Program-made: the position numbers and the translations under genes
Virus record (IMG/VR): IMGVR_UViG_3300021061_000014
Strand: one strand, 5' to 3'
DNA: 40,911 nucleotides
DNA from: a virus
Shown here: in pieces, positions 25,623-33,834 of the stretch
How positions within the stretch are numbered: position 1 is the first letter of the stretch
Layout: each line of letters opens with the position of its first letter
Notes under the pieces: model-generated
Told to the model about the DNA's origin: nothing
The model's input: the letters and a program-made list of their open reading frames with translations, nothing else
The model's database searches: none

Positions 25623-25818
25623 TTGATAAGTGCTCCGCGTTTTCATAGTGACTCGTGGCCGGCCGCCTTGGTGTACACGTCTCGGCTGTGTATGTCGTCC
25701 TGCCATCCGGCTGCTGGTATCGTCGATTGTAAACATCGCCGGTGCTGTAGCGGCACCCACAATCTACGCAATGGCACCAACCGTTACCCCGTGACCATTT
25801 ATGCCGTTTAGCCATCAC
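25615..25818 (-). CDS. Small Cys-rich hypothetical protein
   Basis: WCHCVDCGC motif. Overlaps the end of 25808..26578 by 11 nt. Confidence 0.5.
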   Translation of the reverse strand: MMAKRHKWSRGNGWCHCVDCGCRYSTGDVYNRRYQQPDGRTTYTAETCTPRRPATSHYENAEHLSNE

Positions 25819-26578
25819 TCTTCTCCAGTAGTTCGCTCAAAAGGACCTCAATCGCGTTCGTGTCTCCGGTGGCTTGGGCTGCGTTTAACCGTTCCATATG
25901 CTGTTGCCAATCGTTATTCACAATTCCAAAATCCGGATTTGGCATTGCGATAGTTTCGCGGTACGCTTTTTTCCGTTCCTCAATCATCCTAGCGGTCGTC
26001 TGGGTGAGATTCTCGCGTTGATAGATGTTTTTACCGGGCTCCCAGTACACAATCCCTGCATCGCTATCAAGAAGTACGCTCCCATACAAATACTTGAAAG
26101 GCTGCTGCATTACATGTCTTGCTACGTCCGCGCTCCGCTCCGGGCTCAGGGGTTCGGTCATAAAGCCTCCCCGCCGGTTGGCGATGGGGGGTAGGTGTTG
26201 CCAGCCAACTGGGGCCGGAATATCCGTCACCATTACTTGCTTTGAGTTTTCAGATAGTGGTGCGCATAAAGCCCAACATTGCTTTCCGAAACTCCACCTT
26301 CCTTTCCACGGAGATTCTGCCCATGCTCCGAATTCGGGGACGAGCAGTAGGATTAAAATGTTTTTAGGTGCCGTCTCCATCGACAGCCACACCCCCTCTG
26401 TGGCTCGGGTGTTCAGCTTCCGCTCGGCCTCGGCGAGTTGGGCGCGGAGTGTGCTTAGCTCCTGATTGAGCAATATCACCGTTGCCTCAGATGCCTGATG
26501 CTCAATTTCAAGTTGATGAGCATGTCGCGCCAACTCAAAGTGGTTCATCAGGTTAAGTTCTCTATATCGTGCACTCAT
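25808..26578 (-). CDS. Hypothetical early protein with coiled-coil N-terminus and DUF551-like segment
   Basis: GAGGAGA RBS before the ATG at 26578. WLSMETAPKNILILLL resembles DUF551. Confidence 0.6.
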   Translation of the reverse strand: MSARYRELNLMNHFELARHAHQLEIEHQASEATVILLNQELSTLRAQLAEAERKLNTRATEGVWLSMETAPKNILILLLVPEFGAWAESPWKGRWSFGKQCWALCAPLSENSKQVMVTDIPAPVGWQHLPPIANRRGGFMTEPLSPERSADVARHVMQQPFKYLYGSVLLDSDAGIVYWEPGKNIYQRENLTQTTARMIEERKKAYRETIAMPNPDFGIVNNDWQQHMERLNAAQATGDTNAIEVLLSELLEKSDG

Positions 26579-26604
26579 CACATCTCCTCGCATTCGCCAG
26601 GGGG

Positions 26605-27015
26605 TTAGGCTGCCGGCCCAAAGTCGGGAATGTCATCGTCTTTAAAGCCGGTATCTTCTGGCGCTGAATTCCCCTCAGGCTTCTTGCCAATCATCTGCAT
26701 TTCGTTGCCGATAATTTCAGTGGTGTAACGGTCCTGCCCGTTCTTGTCTTGCCACTTACGGGTTTGAAGCCTTCCTTCGACATAAATCTGCGATCCTTTT
26801 TTGAGATACTGGCCGCAAATCTCCCCGAGCTTTCCGAAGAACACCACGCGGTGCCATTCAGTGCGCTCTTGCTTCTGTCCGGTGGTTTTATCCTTCCAAG
26901 ACTCGGTTGTTGCGATACTCAGGTTTGCCACTGCCGAGCCTGATGTAGTGTATTTAACATCTGGATCTTGACCGAGGTGGCCAAGGATGATCGTTTTATT
27001 AACGCCCTTACTCAT
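26605..27015 (-). CDS. ssb: Single-stranded DNA-binding protein
   Basis: OB-fold SSB signature ([18 protein letters not shown]..., [23 protein letters not shown]) and an acidic tail, DDDIPDF. Confidence 0.95.
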   Translation of the reverse strand: MSKGVNKTIILGHLGQDPDVKYTTSGSAVANLSIATTESWKDKTTGQKQERTEWHRVVFFGKLGEICGQYLKKGSQIYVEGRLQTRKWQDKNGQDRYTTEIIGNEMQMIGKKPEGNSAPEDTGFKDDDIPDFGPAA

Positions 27016-27626
27016 TGAAATTTGCTCCTTAATGCTTCGCGTTCTTTATCTAACTTGTCACAAAATCTGTTTACCGCATCCCTTACCGCTGTTATCTCCT
27101 TCAATACGTCCTTCCGCTCCGTCCTAATGTAGAAGGGCTTTATGTCTCCGTGGTATGCAAAAAAATCCCAGTACTCTAAATCTGTTACTGCAAGACTCCC
27201 GATAACCTGCATTTTGTATTCCAGTGGGAGCACGGCTTTCCGGTGGTACTTGATAATGGTTCCAGAAAGCACGACCTTTAATTCACACCCGCCGCCATCA
27301 AGCAGCATGTCCGGGCTACACCCATACCGCTCATCATCAGTTACGCAGAACCCAACCGTCCGAGGCTCGCAATTGAAATTAAAGGCGTAGTAATCGCGGG
27401 CCTCTTGTTCATTCTCTTTGCCGTTCTTCATGTACTCCGACTGAAAAGTCTCATCCGGCTTGCCTCTAAAATACTCGCCCAAAAGCTTGTCCATGTACGC
27501 ATCGGCTGACGTGGACGGCTCCAGCTTGGCCGGGGTGATAATCCGGTCAAACTCTGAACTCGTAGGCTTCCCCAGCCTAGCGGCCCACCACTCAGGGCTA
27601 TATTGAGGGCAGTCAATGACTTTCAT
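27012..27626 (-). CDS. YqaJ-type (lambda Exo-like) recombination exonuclease
   Basis: [42 protein letters not shown], and Y.MQV match the YqaJ/PD-(D/E)XK pattern. Confidence 0.85.
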   Translation of the reverse strand: MKVIDCPQYSPEWWAARLGKPTSSEFDRIITPAKLEPSTSADAYMDKLLGEYFRGKPDETFQSEYMKNGKENEQEARDYYAFNFNCEPRTVGFCVTDDERYGCSPDMLLDGGGCELKVVLSGTIIKYHRKAVLPLEYKMQVIGSLAVTDLEYWDFFAYHGDIKPFYIRTERKDVLKEITAVRDAVNRFCDKLDKEREALRSKFQ

Positions 27627-28369
27627 TTTTTCCTCTGGTTCTCCAGAGCCTTAACCGCTGACTGATAATGAGCCGCCGGGATGTCCTTAAACGCCTTGAT
27701 TTCCTTTTTGCATTTCGTGGTCAGGTATTTAAAGAAGCCATCCTTGTTTGCCTTTACTTCCTCAAGAAGCGCTTGAAGGTTGGCCGCCTGTTCCTCAGTA
27801 ACGTTCTGCGCCTGCTCCCCACCGTTCCCGTCATTGTCGAATTCGGCATCGGAGACAAGGCCAAGCAGGGACGCTAGGGTCATACGTTTTAAGTACATCG
27901 CAACAATACCAACCGATTGCAGTTTGTTAACCGCGTTATTGGTCATGGAGTAGGAGGGCGCCTCCATCGTTGCTTCTTCTGAATGCCCGCTCTTGTGGGC
28001 CAGAATGCAGGTGATGGACGTGATTTCTCCGGGTAGCGATTTTGGGACATGCCGCCAGGACAAACCATGCTGCCCCAGCGCCTCCCGCGTTGCTTCGTCG
28101 TAATCAAGCAGGGTGCTGTAATGACTGGTCAGGTGTTTGTTATAGCCTGTTTTCTTTGCGGGCTTAAACTTCGCCTTGGCCTCGGAAAATGCCTTGTTAA
28201 ATTCCGCCTTGGCGCGGCGGGCTTCGTCCCATTCCACCAAGCCTTTCATCTGCTCCATAACTTCAAGACTCGCGCCACCGGCAGCCAGCTTCGCCAATGC
28301 CTGAATGTGCGAATCCGATTCATTGACCGGCGCCATCTGTTGATTTTCAGGTTTCACAATCGCATTCAT
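27623..28369 (-). CDS. erf: ERF-family single-strand annealing protein
   Basis: FNKAF.EAKAKF..A.K...N.....YSTL, GLSWRH, ILAHKSGHSEE, and NKLQSVGIVAMYLKRMTLASLLGL...DNDG fit the ERF pattern. Confidence 0.75.
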   Translation of the reverse strand: MNAIVKPENQQMAPVNESDSHIQALAKLAAGGASLEVMEQMKGLVEWDEARRAKAEFNKAFSEAKAKFKPAKKTGYNKHLTSHYSTLLDYDEATREALGQHGLSWRHVPKSLPGEITSITCILAHKSGHSEEATMEAPSYSMTNNAVNKLQSVGIVAMYLKRMTLASLLGLVSDAEFDNDGNGGEQAQNVTEEQAANLQALLEEVKANKDGFFKYLTTKCKKEIKAFKDIPAAHYQSAVKALENQRKK

Positions 28370-28379
28370 ATATTTATCC

Positions 28380-28556
28380 TCAGTAATTAACTCGTAATTT
28401 TTCCTGCTCTTCCCGTTCCTTTTCCACGCTGTAATCCACTAGCGCCCATGCGGCCCCTTGGAACCAGGGATGCCAAAAGTGGTGCCTATCCAGGTTGAGT
28501 TCATGTATCAACGCTTTCGCCAGTATCTCGGCCATCTGTTCTTCAAGCGGACTCAT
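28380..28556 (-). CDS. Hypothetical small protein (58 aa)
   Basis: I translated it by hand: MSPLEEQMAEILAKALIHELN... It fills the gap between HNH and erf. Confidence 0.4.
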   Translation of the reverse strand: MSPLEEQMAEILAKALIHELNLDRHHFWHPWFQGAAWALVDYSVEKEREEQEKLRVNY

Positions 28557-29076
28557 CCCGCCCTTCCTCTTGTTTGTTGCGTAATTGGTCCCTGAACCTT
28601 ACTTTCTCAGCAATAGACAGGTGTCCGGCTTCTCTGTTGTGCGGTTTGCAGGCCAGCACAAGATTACTGATATGGCTGCTCCCGCCGTGCGCCCTTGCAA
28701 GCAAGTGCTCAACACTGTCTGTTTCCGGAGTAAGGCCAATGCCACAGTAAAAGCACACGTACCCATCGCGCTCGATAATGGCCTTAAACTTTGGCGACTT
28801 CTTTTTAACCTGATTTCCGGAGCTGATCTTATCCAGCCATGTTTCCATTGGGAGTTTGTCGCGCCACGCATGGAAGGCTCTGATTAAATGGTCGCAGCCT
28901 TGCCAGTTCAATTTGCCTTTGGCGTTCTTATAAACAACCTGTACAGCATCATTGATGATTACGCGCATCACCTCCCATTCGTTCGTCGGTGTCAAAACCT
29001 CGACCCCGTGAGCGTCAAGAAACGCTTTGAACTTGGGCACAGGCAGGCGCCCGATATGCTCAGGAAGGGTCGCCAT
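28543..29076 (-). CDS. HNH endonuclease
   Basis: CFYCG....DSVEHLLARAHGG...SNLVLACKPHN. Confidence 0.85.
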   Translation of the reverse strand: MATLPEHIGRLPVPKFKAFLDAHGVEVLTPTNEWEVMRVIINDAVQVVYKNAKGKLNWQGCDHLIRAFHAWRDKLPMETWLDKISSGNQVKKKSPKFKAIIERDGYVCFYCGIGLTPETDSVEHLLARAHGGSSHISNLVLACKPHNREAGHLSIAEKVRFRDQLRNKQEEGRDESA

Positions 29077-29392
29077 GTAACACCTTCCTCACCCAATCCG
29101 ATTCCCGCTTTTCCAGAAAGGACGATTCAAGGAGCTGTGCGTGTACGTCCCGGAAGTGGGCGATTGCCATATCCTTGTCGCCACCGCTCAACGCATCTGC
29201 CGCATTAACCAAACCATCCTTAGCTTGCGCCAGGGCTGCAACGAGGTTCGTCCGTTCCTCAAGCAGCGCCTTGAGATGCCACTTTGTGGCGAGCTTCATC
29301 GTGTCACCGCTGACGATCCTCATAGCTTCGTAGATCAGCTCTTTCATCTGGTCGTCGGGCAGGGGTTCGCTTTGTTTCAATACGGCGTTCAT
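29060..29392 (-). CDS. Hypothetical early protein
   Basis: Start at MNAVLKQ (ATGA overlap with the upstream gene). The ORF track extends to 29422. Confidence 0.55.
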   Translation of the reverse strand: MNAVLKQSEPLPDDQMKELIYEAMRIVSGDTMKLATKWHLKALLEERTNLVAALAQAKDGLVNAADALSGGDKDMAIAHFRDVHAQLLESSFLEKRESDWVRKVLHGDPS

Positions 29393-29589
29393 CTGTTCGG
29401 GTCTCCAAAGGATTTCATCCAATAAGATAAAATGCTGCTTGCCTTATCGACGCTGAGCCCAAATTTCTGGATAAGGTAACGACCTCCACTAGACATGTTC
29501 GTAACCCCGCTTTCCCGCAGATCATCCAAATACTTAAGATGCTCGTCGGTTACGTATCCCGGTCTCACACCCTCTCGTTTCTCGGTCAT
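29389..29589 (-). CDS. Hypothetical early protein (DUF5049-like)
   Basis: The YLDDLRESGVTNM....YL...F.L pattern is common in small phage proteins. Confidence 0.55.
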   Translation of the reverse strand: MTEKREGVRPGYVTDEHLKYLDDLRESGVTNMSSGGRYLIQKFGLSVDKASSILSYWMKSFGDPNR

Positions 29590-29828
29590 TTGACCTCCTC
29601 AATCCGGATACGGACTCGCTTGCATTCGCCGGGCTTGAGCTTGAAGCCCGTTACCGCTTCAACTTGTTCAGCGCAAAATTGCGCATTCGCTGATTCATAA
29701 AAACCATTTTCGTAAAGCCGCGGTTTTTTGTGATACATTCGGTAATCCGGGTTTCGGGTGTACAAGGAGATAACATTCCTTGCAAACCAAACCTTTTTGG
29801 CCTTTCGTTTCTGTTCACTCATCCTCAT
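29586..29828 (-). CDS. Hypothetical early protein
   Basis: Overlap-coupled reverse ORF. Confidence 0.55.
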   Translation of the reverse strand: MRMSEQKRKAKKVWFARNVISLYTRNPDYRMYHKKPRLYENGFYESANAQFCAEQVEAVTGFKLKPGECKRVRIRIEEVK

Positions 29829-29834
29829 TCCCCA

Positions 29835-30353
29835 TCAGTAAGGGTGGTGTTGGGTTTCGCACAGTTCCGGGTTGGCGATTTGTGCCGCCAGCTTGCGGAC
29901 CTGATGCCGCACATAACCAAGGGCTTTGTATGACTCGAACTCATGGCGGCGGAACTCGCGCCCATATCGCGAATGAGCAGGGCAGTAGTCGCCAGAGTGG
30001 GCGCAATCAAACCCTAGCCACCATACTTTCTTTTCTTCGCCTTCGTCCGGCAGGTGGCAGATACCGTGATTGTCAGCATTCTCGTGACAGAAACCCGAGA
30101 AGGTCAGGCCGCCATGCACGTCTATGTATTCATCATCATCGTTCTTGAGGCGGCAGCCGTCATACTCCTGCTCATAGAAAGGATGGCCAGGATTCACTCC
30201 AACGTAACCGCACAGCGCGCCAGAAGGGCCGCGAACGATCAGGCAGGGCATGCCGGTCTTTTCATCCTGAAACTGAATTTTGTCCGGTTCGCCGTCCCAC
30301 TCGCCGCGCTCCCAATCCGCTTTATCAACATATTTGTATTCAATGGTTTTCAT
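29835..30353 (-). CDS. Conserved-looking hypothetical protein (His/Cys/Asp-rich)
   Basis: GALCGYVGV..GHP, VHGGLTF, WWLGFDCAHSGD suggest a metal-binding fold. I could not name a family. Confidence 0.6.
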   Translation of the reverse strand: MKTIEYKYVDKADWERGEWDGEPDKIQFQDEKTGMPCLIVRGPSGALCGYVGVNPGHPFYEQEYDGCRLKNDDDEYIDVHGGLTFSGFCHENADNHGICHLPDEGEEKKVWWLGFDCAHSGDYCPAHSRYGREFRRHEFESYKALGYVRHQVRKLAAQIANPELCETQHHPY

Positions 30354-30526
30354 TTGCCATTCCTCGAATCATTAACCAACTGCTTCCTAATCCACTCCCG
30401 CGTCCTTTCGTCTCCGGCCTTTTCGGCTCGCTTCAATCCACGTATCAACAGCAATCTGTGGTACTGAATTGGGTCGTACTCCAGGAGTAAACCCTGTCTC
30501 GAGAGTTCGGTGTAAAGTGCACTCAT
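30350..30526 (-). CDS. Hypothetical small protein
   Basis: Start at MSALYTEL (ATGA overlap with the upstream small ORF). Confidence 0.45.
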   Translation of the reverse strand: MSALYTELSRQGLLLEYDPIQYHRLLLIRGLKRAEKAGDERTREWIRKQLVNDSRNGK

Positions 30527-30699
30527 GCGGGCCTCCTTGAATTCACCCATCTCTGTGCTTCTTCAAGTGCGTGCCATTCTTGGCAGTGGTAGCTGCAAAA
30601 TGGCTTGTAACGCTCGTAATTCGCTTGTGCTTCGGCGCCTTTGCGGATTAATTTTCCGCACCTGTAGCGAGCACACCTTTGTCTAAGATCGAGCTTCAT
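30523..30699 (-). CDS. Small zinc-ribbon protein with PFCS..C motif (TRASH/FCS/YacG-like)
   Basis: I translated it by hand: MKLDLRQRCARYRCGKLIRKGAEAQANYERYKPFCSYHCQEWHALEEAQRW... Confidence 0.5.
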   Translation of the reverse strand: MKLDLRQRCARYRCGKLIRKGAEAQANYERYKPFCSYHCQEWHALEEAQRWVNSRRPA

Positions 30700-31104
30700 T
30701 CACTTCGCCTCGATTTGGGGTTGGGAGAGGAAAGCTTTGGCTTTGCAGAGAACAGACTCAGCGTGCGGAAAGCTTTCGTGAGGATGCTTTTCCTTGAGCA
30801 CCTGAAGCAGGTAATCTAATGCGCGCTCCGAGTTCTCCACGAATTCCAGCAGTGCTTTGTTCTGCTCTACCAAGGCCACCGCTTGTTCTTGGCTCCCATA
30901 AAGCCCCGGCAATGTAGCCATTGCTTCCAGGGTTTCGGTTGGCACATCAATGCACGCATTCCAGGCAGCAACGAGGCGGCGACCATTCGCCTTACCTTCG
31001 GCAGTGTTGTAGGAGTTCACGGTCGCGACCGGATAGAATTCACTAACGATCTTCGGCCCGTCGAATCTCAACAATCCCTGCGTATGTTTCTGCTCATTAC
31101 TCAT
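30700..31104 (-). CDS. Hypothetical early protein
   Basis: Start at MSNEQKHT, preceded by GGAGAG. The ORF track extends to 31218 but would overlap the upstream gene. Confidence 0.55.
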   Translation of the reverse strand: MSNEQKHTQGLLRFDGPKIVSEFYPVATVNSYNTAEGKANGRRLVAAWNACIDVPTETLEAMATLPGLYGSQEQAVALVEQNKALLEFVENSERALDYLLQVLKEKHPHESFPHAESVLCKAKAFLSQPQIEAK

Positions 31105-31129
31105 GAATACATCTCTCCGCATACGGGGG

Positions 31130-31459
31130 TTAAACTTGCCAACCATGCGCCCGGGCGGCGGCAAGGTGGATATTCCTTGTGCTGACTTCGCCAGTGCTTT
31201 GCCACGAACACAGGGCATTAGTAATGCCGACGCTCGGCAATCTGCGCCCGCTCAGCAGGTCGCTCACATGTTGCGGACTACATCCCAAGTGTTCAGCCGT
31301 CTCTGTCTGGTTGATGCCGCAGCGTTTTATAATTCCCTTCAGAAGTACCCGAAACTCTGCCTGCTTTTCTTCATCCCTCAAGAGCTGCTGCCCGCGCTCC
31401 AATACTTTCTCCGGGTCACGCAGGCTCATTGGTAAACGCTTATTGATCGTGTCGCTCAT
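31130..31459 (-). CDS. XRE/HigA-like HTH DNA-binding protein
   Basis: INQTETAEHLGCSPQHVSDLLSGRR is a helix-turn-helix. Confidence 0.7.
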   Translation of the reverse strand: MSDTINKRLPMSLRDPEKVLERGQQLLRDEEKQAEFRVLLKGIIKRCGINQTETAEHLGCSPQHVSDLLSGRRLPSVGITNALCSWQSTGEVSTRNIHLAAARAHGWQV

Positions 31460-31662
31460 GAAATAATCATCCTGACCGGCTGCAATTTGCTGGCATCAAT
31501 CTTGTCGCAGATCGCCTGACGCTCCGCCAGCGATACGCCAGTGATTCGTTTTCCAGTCATGTCAAACAACCGCGTGCATTCAGCGGATACACCCTTGCAA
31601 ACGAAATACACCGGTTGTCCTTTGTACTCGACCTTATATTTCACGCCGTGAATTCGGTTCAT
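31456..31662 (-). CDS. Hypothetical early protein
   Basis: ATGA-type overlap with the downstream HTH gene. Confidence 0.55.
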   Translation of the reverse strand: MNRIHGVKYKVEYKGQPVYFVCKGVSAECTRLFDMTGKRITGVSLAERQAICDKIDASKLQPVRMIIS

Positions 31663-31695
31663 ACATCCATCTCCTCTCTGTTTCGTTGGGGGGGG

Positions 31696-31992
31696 TTAGG
31701 CCAACCGTTTAACCGCTTTAATTAAATGGTTTGCCATGTCGCCAAGCGGCGTGTTTGCCCCCTCAAAATGTTTTGCCACGCGTTCGGCAAAATCAACGAA
31801 TTGGGGAACCATGCTAATCACGTATGCGTCCTCCAGGCGGTTCACAACGCAAACCTGCGGAGAAGCTTTCTTTTGAATCTCGCCAGGAAATTGATGCATG
31901 CCGCTGGCATGAATCTCGAACTTGCTTGAGCCTATCGGTAACGGGTCGCTCCATGGGCCACCTGTAAAGCTGAATTTTTGTTTGCTGCTCAT
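31696..31992 (-). CDS. Hypothetical protein, first gene of the leftward early operon
   Basis: First ORF downstream of the PL-like promoter. GGCGGGGA RBS. Confidence 0.6.
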   Translation of the reverse strand: MSSKQKFSFTGGPWSDPLPIGSSKFEIHASGMHQFPGEIQKKASPQVCVVNRLEDAYVISMVPQFVDFAERVAKHFEGANTPLGDMANHLIKAVKRLA

Positions 31993-32024
31993 CTCAATCC
32001 CCGCCTCGCTGGTGTGTATGGGGT

Positions 32025-32053
32025 AAGTGTAAGCAAGCTTACAAGTATTATCA
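32025..32053 (-). promoter_or_regulatory. PL-like promoter (TTGATA-17-TACACT) overlapped by operator TGTAAGCAAGCTTACA (32027..32042)
   Basis: Good sigma70 hexamers on the reverse strand. The 16-bp dyad sits in the same register as at the PR-like promoter. Confidence 0.6.
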
Positions 32054-32139
32054 AGTATCCTTGGAAATATTTTTTTACAACGTGGTCGTGGTATGTTTAC
32101 CGGTGCCTGAAAAGGCCGGGCTTATAGCTGGAGGGAATA

Positions 32140-32475
32140 ATGAAAAGGGAGACCTTGGAGTCTGTTGGCGCTGCGATAGGGAGCTTTATTGGGGTTGTGT
32201 TCGTTTGGCTGTGCTTAGGTGCTGCCATAATATTTGGTTATCAAGTCATTGTGTTTCTAATGGATGGGGTGTGGCCGGAACTCTCATTCTTGGTGGCCAT
32301 TGAATACGTAAACCCAGAATGGGTGGAAAACCCTCAATCCTGGAAAGGGCTGCATAAGTTATTTATGGCTCTTCCCCTGACTCTGGGGATGGCCATGGGC
32401 GGGCTTTTGTTTGTTGCTCTATGCTTGGTCGTGGTGCCGACTATTGTTGTCGAATTCCTGCGCCCACGAAAATAG
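32140..32475 (+). CDS. Multi-pass membrane protein in the immunity region
   Basis: GGAGGG RBS. Three to four hydrophobic helices. Confidence 0.7.
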   Translation: MKRETLESVGAAIGSFIGVVFVWLCLGAAIIFGYQVIVFLMDGVWPELSFLVAIEYVNPEWVENPQSWKGLHKLFMALPLTLGMAMGGLLFVALCLVVVPTIVVEFLRPRK

Positions 32476-32630
32476 CACCATTTCAGGTCAGAAACTTTCC
32501 ATTAATGCTGGACTCCTATGCATCATAGGACGAAGCCGACACGTTTTCCCTTATAGCGTAAATACGCTACGCATTGTAAATTTTACAAAGTGGGCGGGGG
32601 AGACGGGCTTTAGCAACTTAGGAGAGGGGA

Positions 32631-32852
32631 ATGGTCACGGAAACGTTTAGGGAGGATGTGCGCCGCATCCTATCTGAGGAACTCGACAAGAACGCCATGG
32701 TAAACATGGCAAACGGCATTATTGATGATTTGGCATGCCTCAAGACCGCCATGATCCGTGAGGACAAGCGGTCTGTTGGAGATATGCTGGATAGTCTAGA
32801 TAAGCGGACCCGAATTCTGCGAAACAAGTTGCACCAAGCGGACAACGTTTGA
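32631..32852 (+). CDS. Small helical hypothetical protein
   Basis: GGAGAGGGG RBS. The 3' end overlaps the 3' end of the repressor gene by 57 nt (convergent). Confidence 0.6.
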   Translation: MVTETFREDVRRILSEELDKNAMVNMANGIIDDLACLKTAMIREDKRSVGDMLDSLDKRTRILRNKLHQADNV

Positions 32853-33254
32853 CGGTTTTTCATCAGAAATATACATCTCGTAAAGGGTAGCAATTAGCTC
32901 GCATTTCTTTTCAAGCGTGGGCTTCCCTGTAACCTTCTGAGCGGCCTTTTCGAAGTCCAGGATAGCCTTCTTTAGGGTTTCCGGATTGATCGCCCTGTTC
33001 ATTTCTGGGGCCTTAGGGCCATTCCCAGTTCCCAGCCACCTGGCGTTTACTTCCAAGGCATCTGCTGCCTTGAATAGGTTCTCCGGGGTCATGCTTTTTG
33101 TATCCCCTGATTGGACCAAGTAAATGGATTGGGGACTAATCCCCATCGCCTTAGCCAGCTCTGCCGGCTTCCAGCCTTTGCCCTCTAGGGCCTCATTAAG
33201 TCTATCTGCGAACCTGCTCATGTAAGGCAGGTTACAAATATTTTTTGTTTGCAT
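32796..33254 (-). CDS. CI-like repressor (XRE HTH, no S24 peptidase domain evident)
   Basis: FADRLNEALEGKGWKPAELAKAMGISPQSIYLVQSG. Divergent from the cro-like gene. Start is either 33254 or 33221 (MSRFADRL, possibly leaderless). Confidence 0.85.
   Translation of the reverse strand: MQTKNICNLPYMSRFADRLNEALEGKGWKPAELAKAMGISPQSIYLVQSGDTKSMTPENLFKAADALEVNARWLGTGNGPKAPEMNRAINPETLKKAILDFEKAAQKVTGKPTLEKKCELIATLYEMYISDEKPSNVVRLVQLVSQNSGPLI
33221..33236. promoter_or_regulatory. Operator dyad TGTAAGGCAGGTTACA
   Basis: Third copy of TGTAA-N6-TTACA, abutting the 33221 ATG of the repressor gene. Confidence 0.55.
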
Positions 33255-33256
33255 GC

Positions 33257-33285
33257 TTGATTCCGCCTGTAAGTATGCTTAAACT
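33257..33285 (+). promoter_or_regulatory. PR-like promoter (TTGATT-17-TAAACT) overlapped by operator TGTAAGTATGCTTAAA (33268..33283)
   Basis: Same -35 / 5 nt / 16-bp dyad / -10 register as the PL-like promoter. The -10 ends 7 nt before the cro ATG. Confidence 0.6.
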
Positions 33286-33292
33286 CGTTGGT

Positions 33293-33511
33293 ATGAATAC
33301 TTTCGAACGAGTAAAGCAACACTTTGGCGGATACGACGGCCTTCGCAGGGCTTTAGGTATCACGTCAGTTCAGGCCATCTACATGTGGGATGGGAAGATC
33401 CCAGAGAAGAGGGCCTACCAAATTGAAATAATCACTAAGGGCGAGATAACCGCCCAGTCGATTATTGACGCTTGGCCAAAGAAAAAGAAAAAGGCCAAGA
33501 GATCACATTAA
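33293..33511 (+). CDS. cro: Cro-like (YdaS/Cro family) DNA-binding protein
   Basis: G....LRRALGITSVQAIYMW.GKIPEKRAYQIE..T.G. Divergent from the repressor gene. Confidence 0.8.
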   Translation: MNTFERVKQHFGGYDGLRRALGITSVQAIYMWDGKIPEKRAYQIEIITKGEITAQSIIDAWPKKKKKAKRSH

Positions 33512-33597
33512 CCATGTTTTGTTTCTCCCATTTACTCCCCCTTGGCCGCGTTAATCGCGGCCCTTCTTATTCAACAACCACAAAGGACGTTATTTAA

Positions 33598-33834
33598 ATG
33601 CGTGACAAGTTGCATACAGAGCCTGTGAAGATCCGCCTTTCGGAGGACGACAAGGCGTACTTCGAAAACATCGCTCTTGCGCGAGGCATTCCACCTGCTG
33701 TTCTTGCGCGCACTCTCATTAAGCAATTCCTCGTACTGGCTAAGTTCGAGGCAAGTATACAAACGGGCGGAAACGGGGCAAGGGGCCAAGAGTCCCTCGG
33801 AGTGAAACTACATGGAACTCGAAGTGCAGCTTGA
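33598..33834 (+). CDS. Ribbon-helix-helix (CopG/MobC-like) protein
   Basis: VKIRLSEDDKAYFENIALARGIPPAVLARTLIKQFL has the beta-alpha-alpha pattern. Confidence 0.6.
   Translation: MRDKLHTEPVKIRLSEDDKAYFENIALARGIPPAVLARTLIKQFLVLAKFEASIQTGGNGARGQESLGVKLHGTRSAA

Noticed and set aside
31130-31662. higBA-type toxin-antitoxin pair
   Set aside because: The upstream 68-aa protein shows no RelE/HigB-like motifs. Only the HTH partner resembles HigA. The pair is kept as a low-interest note rather than a TA call.
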